Shown here: piece by piece, positions 39,687 through 48,900 of the stretch | How the letters are laid out: each line of letters starts with the position of its first letter | Numbering within the stretch: position 1 is the stretch's first letter | From: an uncultured Clostridiaceae bacterium | Lineage (GTDB): Bacteria > Bacillota > Clostridia > TANB77 > CAG-465 | DNA length: 64,000 bases | NCBI GenBank assembly: GCA_964371585.1 | Contig: CAYJMD010000001.1 | Location: 175,049-239,048 of the forward strand | Reading direction: 5' to 3' | Notes under the pieces: model-generated | The model's database searches: none | What the model saw: the letters and a program-made list of their open reading frames with translations, nothing else | What the model was told of the DNA's origin: nothing | Position numbers and translations under genes: made by a program

Positions 39687-40526
39687 ATGAAATATGATTA
39701 TAATTACAATAAAAAAGATAATAGAAAAAAAATAATTATAGCTATCATTATGATTGTAATATCTATTTTAGTAGCTACTATAGGATTTAGATTTACAAAT
39801 AATTCTGTCCTTATAGGTATTTCAGATGTTATCTTAACACCTTTTGTATCTATAGCTAATTTTACTACAGGTCTAGTAAGTAATGCTAGTGATTTCTTTA
39901 CTAATAAAGATACATTACTTTCAGAAAACGAAAGATTAACTTCAGAAAATGAAGAATTAAAATTACAGCAAGTTTTATCAAATGAATTAATTGCTGAAAA
40001 TGAATCTTTAAAAAGGATGTTAGACATAGATAAAAAGTATAGTCACTATGAATTAAAACATGGTAAAGTTATATTTAGAAATCATGATAATTATTCAAAT
40101 ACTTTAACTATAGATATAGGAACAAATGATGGTATTGAAATATACCAACCTGTTATACATTCAGATGGACTTGTTGGATATGTATCAAATGTAACTGAAA
40201 ATACAAGTATTATAACAACAATACTTGATCCACAAATAGCAGTAAGTGTAACAATATCGACTATTAACAAATCTGCTATTTTAAAAAGTGAATTTAATTT
40301 TATAGAAAGTGAATCTTTAAAATTAAGTCATATACCAATAAATACAGAAATATCAATAGGTGATGTTATATATACGTCTGGAACAAGCAGTATGTATCCT
40401 AGTTCTATTGTTGTAGGTAAAGTAACAAGTGTAGTAAATGAAAAAAATGAGAGTGATAGATATGCTATAGTAGAGCCGTCAGTTGATACAGGTTCACTTA
40501 GTGAAGTATCTGTTATTATAAATTAG
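39687..40526 (+). CDS. mreC: Rod shape-determining protein MreC
   Basis: It has a TM anchor, a coiled-coil (ENERLTSENEELK) and a C-terminal beta domain. It sits between mreB and mreD. Confidence 0.88.
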   Translation: MKYDYNYNKKDNRKKIIIAIIMIVISILVATIGFRFTNNSVLIGISDVILTPFVSIANFTTGLVSNASDFFTNKDTLLSENERLTSENEELKLQQVLSNELIAENESLKRMLDIDKKYSHYELKHGKVIFRNHDNYSNTLTIDIGTNDGIEIYQPVIHSDGLVGYVSNVTENTSIITTILDPQIAVSVTISTINKSAILKSEFNFIESESLKLSHIPINTEISIGDVIYTSGTSSMYPSSIVVGKVTSVVNEKNESDRYAIVEPSVDTGSLSEVSVIIN

Positions 40527-40534
40527 GTGGTAGT

Positions 40535-41047
40535 ATGAAAAAAATCACTTTAAATATTATTATAACACTATTTATATTTTTAATGTTTATTATTCAAATA
40601 TTTCTAATTAATCCAAATAATATTTTTGGAGCTAAACCAAATATACTTCTTATTACTGTGCTTGTGACAGCTCTTAGGGGAAAGATGCTTAAATCATCAA
40701 TCTATGCATTGCTAATGGGAATAATACTGGATTTAATATATAGTAGTACATTTGGAATATATACTATATGTTATACTATAACTTCAGTAATAATTGCACT
40801 TATAAATTTCAATTATAGGAAAGATAGTAAAGAGTCATTAATATATATAACTCTTATAGGTACAGTTATTTTTGAAGTATTAGTATATATTATATATATT
40901 ATTATGAACTCATTACAGTTTGATTTTATATATTTATTATTACAAACTATAATGGTTGTTATATTAAATATAGCACTATCATTTATATTATTTAATGTAT
41001 TTGATAAACTATTTACTAAATATTCAGATAATAAAGAATTATACTAA
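40535..41047 (+). CDS. mreD: Rod shape-determining protein MreD
   Basis: It is a 170-aa polytopic membrane protein directly after mreC. Confidence 0.8.
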   Translation: MKKITLNIIITLFIFLMFIIQIFLINPNNIFGAKPNILLITVLVTALRGKMLKSSIYALLMGIILDLIYSSTFGIYTICYTITSVIIALINFNYRKDSKESLIYITLIGTVIFEVLVYIIYIIMNSLQFDFIYLLLQTIMVVILNIALSFILFNVFDKLFTKYSDNKELY

Positions 41048-41055
41048 AAGAAAGG

Positions 41056-43182
41056 GTGAGTAAGATAAAAAAGTTAATTGCTAAATTAAAATTAGTTTTT
41101 GAAAATAGAGAAGCGGTAATAGTTATGATGACAAGTATAATTTCTACTATATTCATAATTACACTAGTTAATATTCAGCTAGTTAATGGAAGTACTTACA
41201 GAGCTCTGTCAGAGACAAAAATGTTAAGAACAGAAACAATACCAGCAGCAAGAGGAGAAATTCTAGATAGAAATGGAGTTATTCTTGCTACAAATGAGCT
41301 TGTTGATGATTTAGTTATATACAAAGTTGATATAACATCTCAGCAGCAAAATGAAATAATACTTAGAGTTATTGATATCTTAACTTCAAATGGTGATGAA
41401 GTATATTCTAGTTTTCCACTAAATGAAACTTCTGATAATTTCAATTTTGAAAATAAAGCTCAGGAGTTATCATGGAAAGAAGATTTAAATTTTGAGGAAG
41501 ATGCTACTTTTGAAGAAATTATAGATATATACGTATATAGATATGGATTAGAAGATTACGAAAGAGAGACCGCTATTAAAATAATTAATGTAAGATATGA
41601 GGCTGGTCTTATGGGATATTCACTATTTAATCCTGTAACTATAGCAAAAGATATTTCAGAAAAGTCTGTTGCTGAAATAGAAGAAAAAAATTTAGAAATA
41701 CCAGGAATAAAAACTAAGCAAACTGTTAAAAGAGTATATCCATATGGAGATTTATTTGCTCATAGTGTGGGATATGTAAGTAATATATCAAGAGATGAAT
41801 ATAATACACTTAAGGAAGATGGATATAAATTAAACAGTATTGTTGGTAAAACAGGTATTGAAGAATCTTTTGAAGAATATTTAAAAGGTGAAGATGGTAT
41901 TAAAAAAACAGAAGTAAGTAGTATGGGGATTATTTCTTCTGAAACTATAACTACAAGACCTATTTCAGGTGATAGTGTAACACTTACTTTAGATTATAGA
42001 TTACAAACGGTAGCTGAGCAAGCACTCATAGATGTTATAAATGATGTTAATGCTGATAGAATTGAAGAAGCTGGAGGAAGCAGTGAAGGTGTAGAACTTT
42101 CAAATAGTGGAGCTGTTGTTGTGATGGACACAGCTACAGGAGAAATACTTGCAATGGTTAGTTATCCATCATTTGATCCTAACTTATTTGTTACAGGTAT
42201 TGATTATTTAGATTGGAGAGAAATAACAACAAACGCTTTAAACCCATTACATAATAGAGTTATATCTGGGACATATTCTCCAGGTTCAACATTTAAAATG
42301 CTTATGGGAGTTGCGGCTCTAGAAGAAGAAGTTTTAACTGTTGAAGAAGAAATTTTAGATAAAGGTGTATATCCACTTGGACATAATCCTAAATGCTGGA
42401 TACATGATAGATATGGAATAGATCATGGATATGTAAATGTTTCTGAAGCTATACAAGTATCTTGTAACTATTTCTTTTATGATGTTGGCGTACGTTTAGG
42501 TATTGCTAATATAATTGAGTATGCTACTTTGTTTGGTCTTTCAGATAAGACAGGTATAGAAATATCAGGAGAAGTAGAAGGTAAAATAGCTGGAGAAACA
42601 AGAGATCCAGATAACTGGTATGTTGGTCAAACATTATCAGCTTCAATAGGTCAAGAAGCTAGTAGCTTTACGCCTATAGCTATGGTTAACTATATAGGAG
42701 CTCTTGCAAATGGTGGAACATTAAACAGAGTATCTTTAGTAAAAAAAGTTACAGATGATGAGAATATAACATTAAGTTTAGAGGATCTTAATTCACATAT
42801 TGAAAAAGAAACTTCAGTAGTATATGAAGAAAGAAATTTAGATATTGATGAAGAATATTTAGATGCAATAACTTATGGTATGTCGCTGGTTACTAGCCAA
42901 GGTGGATCTGCATATAGTGCATTTAAAGATTTAGGTGTGAACGTAGCAGGAAAAACAGGTACAGCAGAAGTATATGGAAAAACAAGTAATGGGTTATTTG
43001 TAGGGTATGCACCATATGAAAATCCTAAGATAGCAGTATATGCTGTGGTAGAACAAGGTGGAGAAGGTACATATGTTGCAAATGTAGTAAAACCTATTTT
43101 AGAAGAATATTTTGAAATAGAAAATAGTGATAAATTAAATGAAAAAAATCAAAATGTTATGGATGGAAATATCGAGTTTTAA
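41056..43182 (+). CDS. mrdA: Penicillin-binding protein 2 (class B transpeptidase)
   Basis: It has a TM anchor, a PBP dimerisation domain and the transpeptidase motifs STFK, SCN and KTGTA. The GTG start abuts a purine-rich RBS, so the exact start is uncertain. Confidence 0.9.
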   Translation: MSKIKKLIAKLKLVFENREAVIVMMTSIISTIFIITLVNIQLVNGSTYRALSETKMLRTETIPAARGEILDRNGVILATNELVDDLVIYKVDITSQQQNEIILRVIDILTSNGDEVYSSFPLNETSDNFNFENKAQELSWKEDLNFEEDATFEEIIDIYVYRYGLEDYERETAIKIINVRYEAGLMGYSLFNPVTIAKDISEKSVAEIEEKNLEIPGIKTKQTVKRVYPYGDLFAHSVGYVSNISRDEYNTLKEDGYKLNSIVGKTGIEESFEEYLKGEDGIKKTEVSSMGIISSETITTRPISGDSVTLTLDYRLQTVAEQALIDVINDVNADRIEEAGGSSEGVELSNSGAVVVMDTATGEILAMVSYPSFDPNLFVTGIDYLDWREITTNALNPLHNRVISGTYSPGSTFKMLMGVAALEEEVLTVEEEILDKGVYPLGHNPKCWIHDRYGIDHGYVNVSEAIQVSCNYFFYDVGVRLGIANIIEYATLFGLSDKTGIEISGEVEGKIAGETRDPDNWYVGQTLSASIGQEASSFTPIAMVNYIGALANGGTLNRVSLVKKVTDDENITLSLEDLNSHIEKETSVVYEERNLDIDEEYLDAITYGMSLVTSQGGSAYSAFKDLGVNVAGKTGTAEVYGKTSNGLFVGYAPYENPKIAVYAVVEQGGEGTYVANVVKPILEEYFEIENSDKLNEKNQNVMDGNIEF

Positions 43183-43197
43183 AGGGGAGTGTAATCA

Positions 43198-44307
43198 ATG
43201 CATAAAAAAATAAACATGATGTCAAAAGCAGATTCAGTAAAAGGTCAAGGTGTATTATCTGCTTATGAAGAGCAAGTTAAACTTGTAAGAGAAAGATTAA
43301 ATGATGAATTTGGGGTTACTATTAACCAATTTAAGTATGCAGATATAATGCATTATCATACAATTAATTTAGAATATTTTTTAACATTACCTTTTGTTAA
43401 AATAAATTCTATTGCGGTAGGATATGTACACTTTTTGCCAGAAACTTTAGAAAATAGTATTAAATTACCTAAATTGTTTAAGAAAGTATTTTATAAATAT
43501 GTAATAGATTTTTATAAAAAAATGGACTATTTAATAACAGTTAATCCTTATTTTATTGAAAAACTTGCTGAATATGGAGTAGACAGGGAAAAAGTTACAT
43601 ATATCCCTAACTTTGTGTCTAAAAAAACTTTCTATAAAATGAAAAAATCCGAAATAGGGAATGTTAAGAAAAAATATGGGATTAAAGAAAATAAATTTAC
43701 AGTTCTTTGTGTTGGACAACTTCAAAAAAGAAAAGGTATTTATGATTTTATTGAAGTTGCTAAAAGTATGCCAGATGTTGAATTTGTTTGGGCAGGAGGA
43801 TTTTCTTTTAAAAATTTATCAGATGGATATGAAGAAATAAAAAGAATTACTAAAAATCCACCATCAAATGTTAAATTTCTAGGGATTGTACCAAGAGAAG
43901 AAATGAATAGTATATATAATGTTGCAGATGTAATGTTCCTTGCTTCTTATGAAGAATTATTCCCAATGACTATACTTGAGTCTGCTAATTGTAAAGTTCC
44001 GATATTACTAAGAGATATAGAACTATACAAAGGTATACTGGAAGGTTATTATTTAAAAGGTACAAATAATGATGAGTTTAAAGAACAGTTGTTAAAACTT
44101 AGAGATGATAAAGAATATTATGGACAAGCATCTGTTATGGCTGCTAAATGTGCAGACTACTATAGTGAAGAAAATGTAGCTAAAATGTGGAGAGCATACT
44201 ATAATAAAATATATCATAAAACTACTAAAAAATCTCATTTACGTGCTAGAAAAAGTAATGAAAAAAAAGTAATAAAAAAACAAAATAAAAAATCAACTAA
44301 AATATAA
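43198..44307 (+). CDS. Glycosyltransferase, GT4 (group 1) family
   Basis: It has a GT-B fold signature with the EX7E motif EELFPMTILE and a lysine-rich C-terminal tail. Confidence 0.8.
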   Translation: MHKKINMMSKADSVKGQGVLSAYEEQVKLVRERLNDEFGVTINQFKYADIMHYHTINLEYFLTLPFVKINSIAVGYVHFLPETLENSIKLPKLFKKVFYKYVIDFYKKMDYLITVNPYFIEKLAEYGVDREKVTYIPNFVSKKTFYKMKKSEIGNVKKKYGIKENKFTVLCVGQLQKRKGIYDFIEVAKSMPDVEFVWAGGFSFKNLSDGYEEIKRITKNPPSNVKFLGIVPREEMNSIYNVADVMFLASYEELFPMTILESANCKVPILLRDIELYKGILEGYYLKGTNNDEFKEQLLKLRDDKEYYGQASVMAAKCADYYSEENVAKMWRAYYNKIYHKTTKKSHLRARKSNEKKVIKKQNKKSTKI

Positions 44308-44320
44308 TTATGTAAAACTA

Positions 44321-44349
44321 TTGACATTTAATCACTAATAGTATATAAT
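44321..44349 (+). promoter_or_regulatory. Consensus sigma-A promoter of the orphan RNA unit
   Basis: TTGACA (44321-44326), a 17-nt spacer, then TATAAT (44344-44349). Confidence 0.65.
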
Positions 44350-44354
44350 GTTTA

Positions 44355-44580
44355 GGACATTAGATAGTTTTCAAAAAAATAATTTTTGATGAATGAGGAG
44401 GTTAAATTCTAACTTTATAACTTAAAATTGGATTAAATTTCAAACTTAAATATTAAACTTTAGAACTTAGACCAAACATTGTAATCTATATAAATTAATC
44501 TACACCTTTTTTGAAAACTTCTTATCAACTTTTAAGTTGATAGTCAAAAAGAGACACCCTAATATTTTAGGGTGTTTTTT
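44355..44580 (+). ncRNA. Candidate structured non-coding RNA (6S-like rod or novel sRNA)
   Basis: It lies between a consensus promoter and an intrinsic terminator (ACACCCTAA tatt TTAGGGTGT plus a T-run). There is no ORF, only GAGGAGG with no start codon at a usable distance. A perfect 13-bp long-range helix pairs 44366-44378 with 44507-44519, and further imperfect pairing lies inside it. Confidence 0.45.
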
Positions 44581-44652
44581 CGCACAGTTGTAAACTTGAA
44601 TGTATATCATATGTATGATATAATAATATATAATTAAATTAGGAGAATATTA

Positions 44653-45117
44653 ATGAAAGATACTAAAAAAACTCAAAATAATATATGTATTAGAAATAAA
44701 GAAATTAACCATAAATATGAAATAATAGATAAGATAGAATGTGGAATTGAACTTAAAGGAACAGAAGTTAAATCTATTCGTAAGGGAAAAGCTGTTCTTA
44801 AAGATAGTTTTGCCCTTCTTAAAAATTCTGAAGTAATGCTTAAAAATGCTCACATAAGTCATTATGAAATGGGAAATATAAATAATGTTGATGAGAAACG
44901 TGATAGAAAATTATTATTACATAAATCAGAAATATTTAAATTAGCAGGATTTATTAAACAGGGAGGATATAGTTTAGTGCCTAGTAAACTATATCAATCT
45001 GGTAAGTGGTTTAAAGTAGAACTTTGTATATGCAAAGGTAGAAAAATATATGACAATAGAGATAAAATATTACAAAGTGAAGCTAAAAGACAAATAAACT
45101 ATTTTAAAAAAGCTTAG
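44653..45117 (+). CDS. smpB: SsrA-binding protein SmpB
   Basis: Motifs present are NKEINHKYEIIDKIECGIELKGTEVKSIR and RDRKLLLHKSEI, at 154 aa. It has its own TTGAAT-17-TGATATAAT promoter. Confidence 0.93.
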   Translation: MKDTKKTQNNICIRNKEINHKYEIIDKIECGIELKGTEVKSIRKGKAVLKDSFALLKNSEVMLKNAHISHYEMGNINNVDEKRDRKLLLHKSEIFKLAGFIKQGGYSLVPSKLYQSGKWFKVELCICKGRKIYDNRDKILQSEAKRQINYFKKA

Positions 45118-45140
45118 AAGTAAAATAATAAGATTTGTAA

Positions 45141-45437
45141 TTATATTTCTGTAATACTACAAGATACAAATAAAGTATGACTAATATTTTTACATGATGT
45201 TATACAAATTTCAGATGTAAATGTTGTATATACATTGGATACAATAACATTAATGCCGTCTTGAATTAGTATAGTTATATATTCTTCAGTTATATTAATA
45301 ACATTTAAAGTATAATTACATTGTAATAAAAGTGTAGTTTGGGTATCTGTAATAGTAAGACTTTTTTGAATCTTATTATTAAAGCCTTTACTACAACATA
45401 AGTCTATTATATCTAAATCAACACTAAAATCGGTCAT
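45141..45437 (-). CDS. Small Cys-containing beta-rich hypothetical protein (98 aa)
   Basis: It is the second gene of a two-gene operon. The ATG at 45437 lies 8 nt after GAAAGGA. The N-terminus has a CC pair (DLCCSK) and three Cys lie near the C-terminus. There is no signal peptide. Confidence 0.6.
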   Translation of the reverse strand: MTDFSVDLDIIDLCCSKGFNNKIQKSLTITDTQTTLLLQCNYTLNVINITEEYITILIQDGINVIVSNVYTTFTSEICITSCKNISHTLFVSCSITEI

Positions 45438-45455
45438 ATTGTACATCCTTTCATA

Positions 45456-45773
45456 TTAACTTTGTGTAATCATTCTAGCTCCTACATATACTTGTAAAGT
45501 TTTGTTTGTAGCTGGAAGTGTAAACACCTTGTAACTTCCATTTGGAATTTTAAAGGTAAGATCGGGGATAAAAAGCTGGTTTGAAAATGTTATTGTTACA
45601 TTTAAATTATCACCAGAAATATATGTAAGTGTATAACCAAGTTCTAGAGCTATTACAGTGTTAGGTAAAATATTATTATATATGTTTTCTATAGTTCTAG
45701 GAGTTCCACCTTGACAATAGATTTGTCTAACAGCTAAATTATATGGACACATGGTAGTTAGTGTATTTGCCAT
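45456..45773 (-). CDS. Small Cys-containing beta-rich hypothetical protein (105 aa)
   Basis: It has a strong AAAGGAGAG RBS and two N-terminal Cys (C9, C20). The remainder is alternating T/V/I/L/N strand-like sequence. There is no signal peptide. Confidence 0.6.
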   Translation of the reverse strand: MANTLTTMCPYNLAVRQIYCQGGTPRTIENIYNNILPNTVIALELGYTLTYISGDNLNVTITFSNQLFIPDLTFKIPNGSYKVFTLPATNKTLQVYVGARMITQS

Positions 45774-45858
45774 AATACTCTCCTTTAAAATAATACTATT
45801 AAAGTATATGCAAAATAAAGGAAGTTATGAAATAAATTAAAATTAGAAGGAGAATAAA

Positions 45859-46782
45859 ATGTTTAAAGCAGGATATGTTTCAGTAGTTGGAAAACCTAAT
45901 GCAGGTAAATCAACTCTGATAAATAAATTAGTTGGTTTTAAAGTAGCAATAACAGCGCCAAGACCACAAACAACAAGATTTAATGTGAAAGGAATAGTTA
46001 CATCTGAGACTTCACAAATAGTATTTTTAGATACACCAGGTGTTCATATACCTAAAAGTAAAATGGGTAATTATATGATGAATGGAGTTTCAAATGCTGT
46101 AAAAGGAGCAAATGTAATAATATACTTAGTAGATGCTACTCATACTAAAATTGATGATGCAGCAGCTAAAGTAATGAATGATATTTCAAAATTAAATAAA
46201 AAAACTATACTATGTATAAATAAAATAGATAAAATAGAAAAATCTAAACTATTTAATATAATTACTATGTACACAGAATATGCAAATAGTATAGGACTTA
46301 ATTTTTTAGAAATAGTCCCTGTATCAATATTTAAAGAAGATGGACTAGACATATTAATTAAAATGATTGAAAAGTATTTAGATGAATCTGAAATGCTATT
46401 TAATGAAGACGAAATAACAGATATAACAGAAAAAGAAATTGTAGAGGAAAACATAAGGGAAAAGCTACTTAAAAATTATGAAGAAGAAATTCCTCATGGC
46501 GTTAATGTAGTTGTGGACATATTTAAAGAAAGAGTTAATGTTAATGGAGATTTAACATACGATATAGAGGCATCAATAATATGTGAAAGAATGTCACACA
46601 AGCCAATCATAATAGGTGATGGTGGTAAAAAAATACGCCATATCACTAATCTTGCTAAGATAGATCTTGCTAAAACATTAGATGTTAAAATTAATTTGAA
46701 ATTATTTGTTAAAGTAAAAGAAGATTGGGAAAATAGTGATAATCATTTAAAATCGATAAAGTTTAGAAATAATCAAAAGTAA
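45859..46782 (+). CDS. era: GTPase Era
   Basis: It has G1 GKPNAGKST, G3 DTPG and G4 NKID, plus a C-terminal KH domain. Confidence 0.95.
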   Translation: MFKAGYVSVVGKPNAGKSTLINKLVGFKVAITAPRPQTTRFNVKGIVTSETSQIVFLDTPGVHIPKSKMGNYMMNGVSNAVKGANVIIYLVDATHTKIDDAAAKVMNDISKLNKKTILCINKIDKIEKSKLFNIITMYTEYANSIGLNFLEIVPVSIFKEDGLDILIKMIEKYLDESEMLFNEDEITDITEKEIVEENIREKLLKNYEEEIPHGVNVVVDIFKERVNVNGDLTYDIEASIICERMSHKPIIIGDGGKKIRHITNLAKIDLAKTLDVKINLKLFVKVKEDWENSDNHLKSIKFRNNQK

Positions 46783-46830
46783 ATGTATAAAGTATTATAA
46801 ATTACATATAGTAGTACTAAGGTGATACAT

Positions 46831-46983
46831 ATGGATTATGAAGGGTTTAATAAGTTTTTAGAAACTGGTAAAGTAGCTGATTATTTAGCATATAAATCAA
46901 ATGAAAAAAATATGCAAAATACAGAAGATAGTTTTGATGAAGTTTTAGATGATTATAATGATTTAAATAGTAATATGAAATGA
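46831..46983 (+). CDS. yqzL: YqzL-family small protein (50 aa); below the ORF-track size cutoff
   Basis: I translated it myself as MDYEGFNKFLETGKVADYLAYKSNEKNMQNTEDSFDEVLDDYNDLNSNMK. An AAGGTGA RBS precedes it. It occupies the conserved era-yqzL-recO position of Firmicutes and shows the F..TG....YL.YK pattern. Confidence 0.7.
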   Translation: MDYEGFNKFLETGKVADYLAYKSNEKNMQNTEDSFDEVLDDYNDLNSNMK

Positions 46984-46992
46984 GGTATTAAA

Positions 46993-47709
46993 TTGAAACT
47001 TATTAAAACAAAGGGAATTGTTATTAAAGAAGTTCAGTACAGTGATAATGATAAAATAATAACTCTCCTTACAGATAGTTTAGGACTTGTTACCTGTATG
47101 GCAAAAGGTGCAAAAAAGACTAAGAGTCCACTTCTTGCAAGTAGTCAATATCTAGTATATAGTGAATTTATACTTTTTAAAGGGACAAGCTTCTATCATA
47201 TAAATTCTGCTACGGTTATAAGTACTTTTTATAAATTAAGAACAGATTTTGATAAACTAACAAATGTGTTTGAAGTTACTAAATTATTAAATACACTTAC
47301 AGAAGAAAATATGGATACAAATGTAATAATAAAATTATTTTTAAATACACTTCATATACTTGAAACTACAGATAAAAATTATATACTTGATGTATTTAGA
47401 ATAAGAATGCTGGTGATACTTGGTTTTGGTAGCAATATAATTAAATGTCATGGTTGTCAAGGTAAACTTAAAGAAAGTAAAGATGTTATAAATTATAATT
47501 TTTATTATAACTACTTTTTATGTAAAAGTTGTAAAATGGATGATAAAAATAGATATCTTAAACTTGCATATAAATCATTTATGAATATTTCATATATAAT
47601 GTTTGCTAATATGTCAAATATATTTGCACTTGTTTTAGAAGATAAAGAGGCAAAAGAAATTAATAAGTTTGCAGAGTATTATGTAAAAGCAATACTTACT
47701 AATATTTAA
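46993..47709 (+). CDS. recO: DNA repair protein RecO
   Basis: It has an N-terminal OB fold (TKGIVIKEVQYSDNDKIITLLT) and a Cys4 zinc motif (CHGC...CKSC). The TTG start follows TGAGGT. Confidence 0.9.
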   Translation: MKLIKTKGIVIKEVQYSDNDKIITLLTDSLGLVTCMAKGAKKTKSPLLASSQYLVYSEFILFKGTSFYHINSATVISTFYKLRTDFDKLTNVFEVTKLLNTLTEENMDTNVIIKLFLNTLHILETTDKNYILDVFRIRMLVILGFGSNIIKCHGCQGKLKESKDVINYNFYYNYFLCKSCKMDDKNRYLKLAYKSFMNISYIMFANMSNIFALVLEDKEAKEINKFAEYYVKAILTNI

Positions 47710-47723
47710 AATAATAAAAAAAC

Positions 47724-47760
47724 ACTAAAGTTAAACATTGATTTAGCTTTAGTTTTTTTG
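47724..47760 (+). terminator. Intrinsic terminator after recO
   Basis: Hairpin ACTAAAGTTAAA / TTTAGCTTTAGT is followed by T7. Confidence 0.7.
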
Positions 47761-47812
47761 ATACTAATCACTTTGAATTATGTAATCTTATTTGTATATT
47801 AATAGGAATGGC

Positions 47813-47840
47813 TTGAATTTGTAAAAAATTGTGATATAAT
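47813..47840 (+). promoter_or_regulatory. Promoter of PIN-like gene 1; near-duplicate of 48823-48850
   Basis: The sequence is TTGAATTTGTAAAAAATTGTGATATAAT, with -35 TTGAAT and an extended -10 TGATATAAT. Confidence 0.65.
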
Positions 47841-47893
47841 AATAGAGCAATAATAACAATAAACTAAATTATAATTAATAAGGAGAAAATGTT

Positions 47894-48727
47894 ATGAAAA
47901 GAGATACAAAGCATTACAAAAAACGGATAAAACAAAGAAAACAAGATGCATTTAAATCCCAAAAACATAAAATGGAAAAAGTTGATTTGTATAACATTAT
48001 TATTGATACGTCAACAGTTTTAAGATATCCTAATCTTATAAAAAAAATTAATACAATGGGATACTGTAAATTAATTATTACTTCTGGTGTGTATTTTCAA
48101 ATTCACAAACACAGTGTAAAAAATGAAAATGCTAGAAATTTTTTATATTTTTTAAAGAGGTTTAAGAATAAGGTTATATTTTATGAGACAATAATTGAAA
48201 ATGTTCCAGTATACGAGGATGTAGCAGATTTAGAAATTTTAGCAGCAACAAAAAAATACAAGAATCCAATTATAATAACTTCTGATATGGGTATTGTGCT
48301 AAGGGCAAAAATAAGGTGTATACCTATTATTTATTATGCTATAGAAAATAATAAAATATACTTAACAGAAAATTATGTAAAAGACTTTTTAGCTGAATAT
48401 CTTATTGTAGATAGTTTGACACTATATAAATATAAATTAAAGTTTCTTAAAGAAGAGCTATCATCAAGAATATTAATATTAACAAAGAATAGTGTAGAAC
48501 AATTATTAGAAAAAAAAGCTCACCACCGGATATATGCTAAAAAATTATTAAAAAAAATAGCATGCAATGAGATCGATATTATTTTTGTAGATAGCAAATA
48601 TACAGATGAAACTGAAGAAATATTACATCTTGTAAATAACTTTACTATGGTGTGTACATCTGATAAAAATTTATATAAGGCTATTGAATCCAAAAATTTT
48701 GGACACATAGTTAAATATATAGAATGA
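47894..48727 (+). CDS. Tandem PIN-like domain protein with a basic N-terminal tail
   Basis: Module 1 is IIIDTS...EDVADLEILAA...IITSDMGIVLRA. Degenerate module 2 is LIVDSL...DETEEILHLV...VCTSDKNLYKAI. It is a paralogue of the next gene. Confidence 0.55.
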   Translation: MKRDTKHYKKRIKQRKQDAFKSQKHKMEKVDLYNIIIDTSTVLRYPNLIKKINTMGYCKLIITSGVYFQIHKHSVKNENARNFLYFLKRFKNKVIFYETIIENVPVYEDVADLEILAATKKYKNPIIITSDMGIVLRAKIRCIPIIYYAIENNKIYLTENYVKDFLAEYLIVDSLTLYKYKLKFLKEELSSRILILTKNSVEQLLEKKAHHRIYAKKLLKKIACNEIDIIFVDSKYTDETEEILHLVNNFTMVCTSDKNLYKAIESKNFGHIVKYIE

Positions 48728-48750
48728 TTAATTAAATGTAATTATGTATA

Positions 48751-48781
48751 AAGGCTCCTTAATATTTTAAGGAGTTTTTTG
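48751..48781 (+). terminator. Intrinsic terminator after PIN-like gene 1
   Basis: Hairpin CTCCTTAA tatt TTAAGGAG is followed by T6. Confidence 0.8.
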
Positions 48782-48822
48782 CATAAAAAAAGAGATATAG
48801 ATGTACATATAACTAATATTAG

Positions 48823-48850
48823 TTGAATTTGTAAAAAACTATGATATAAT
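48823..48850 (+). promoter_or_regulatory. Promoter of PIN-like gene 2; near-duplicate of 47813-47840
   Basis: The sequence is TTGAATTTGTAAAAAACTATGATATAAT. It matches the upstream copy at 26 of 28 positions in my hand alignment. Confidence 0.65.
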
Positions 48851-48900
48851 GTAGTAGTAAACAATAAATAAATTAACTTTTAATTAAAAGGAGATGTACT

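Noticed and set aside
45118-45140. Expectation of tmRNA (ssrA) next to smpB.
   Set aside because: There is no tRNA-like acceptor/T-arm (GGTTCGA...CCA) and no tag reading frame on either side of smpB. The structured RNA candidate upstream at 44355-44580 also lacks these features. ssrA must be elsewhere.
45774-45858. A possible mother-cell sigma factor (SigE/SigK-like) promoter, CATATACT, upstream of the small Cys-protein operon.
   Set aside because: Only the -10-like element matches approximately, and the spacing to any ATA or AC -35 element is off by my count. It is kept only as a weak supporting remark, not as a feature.
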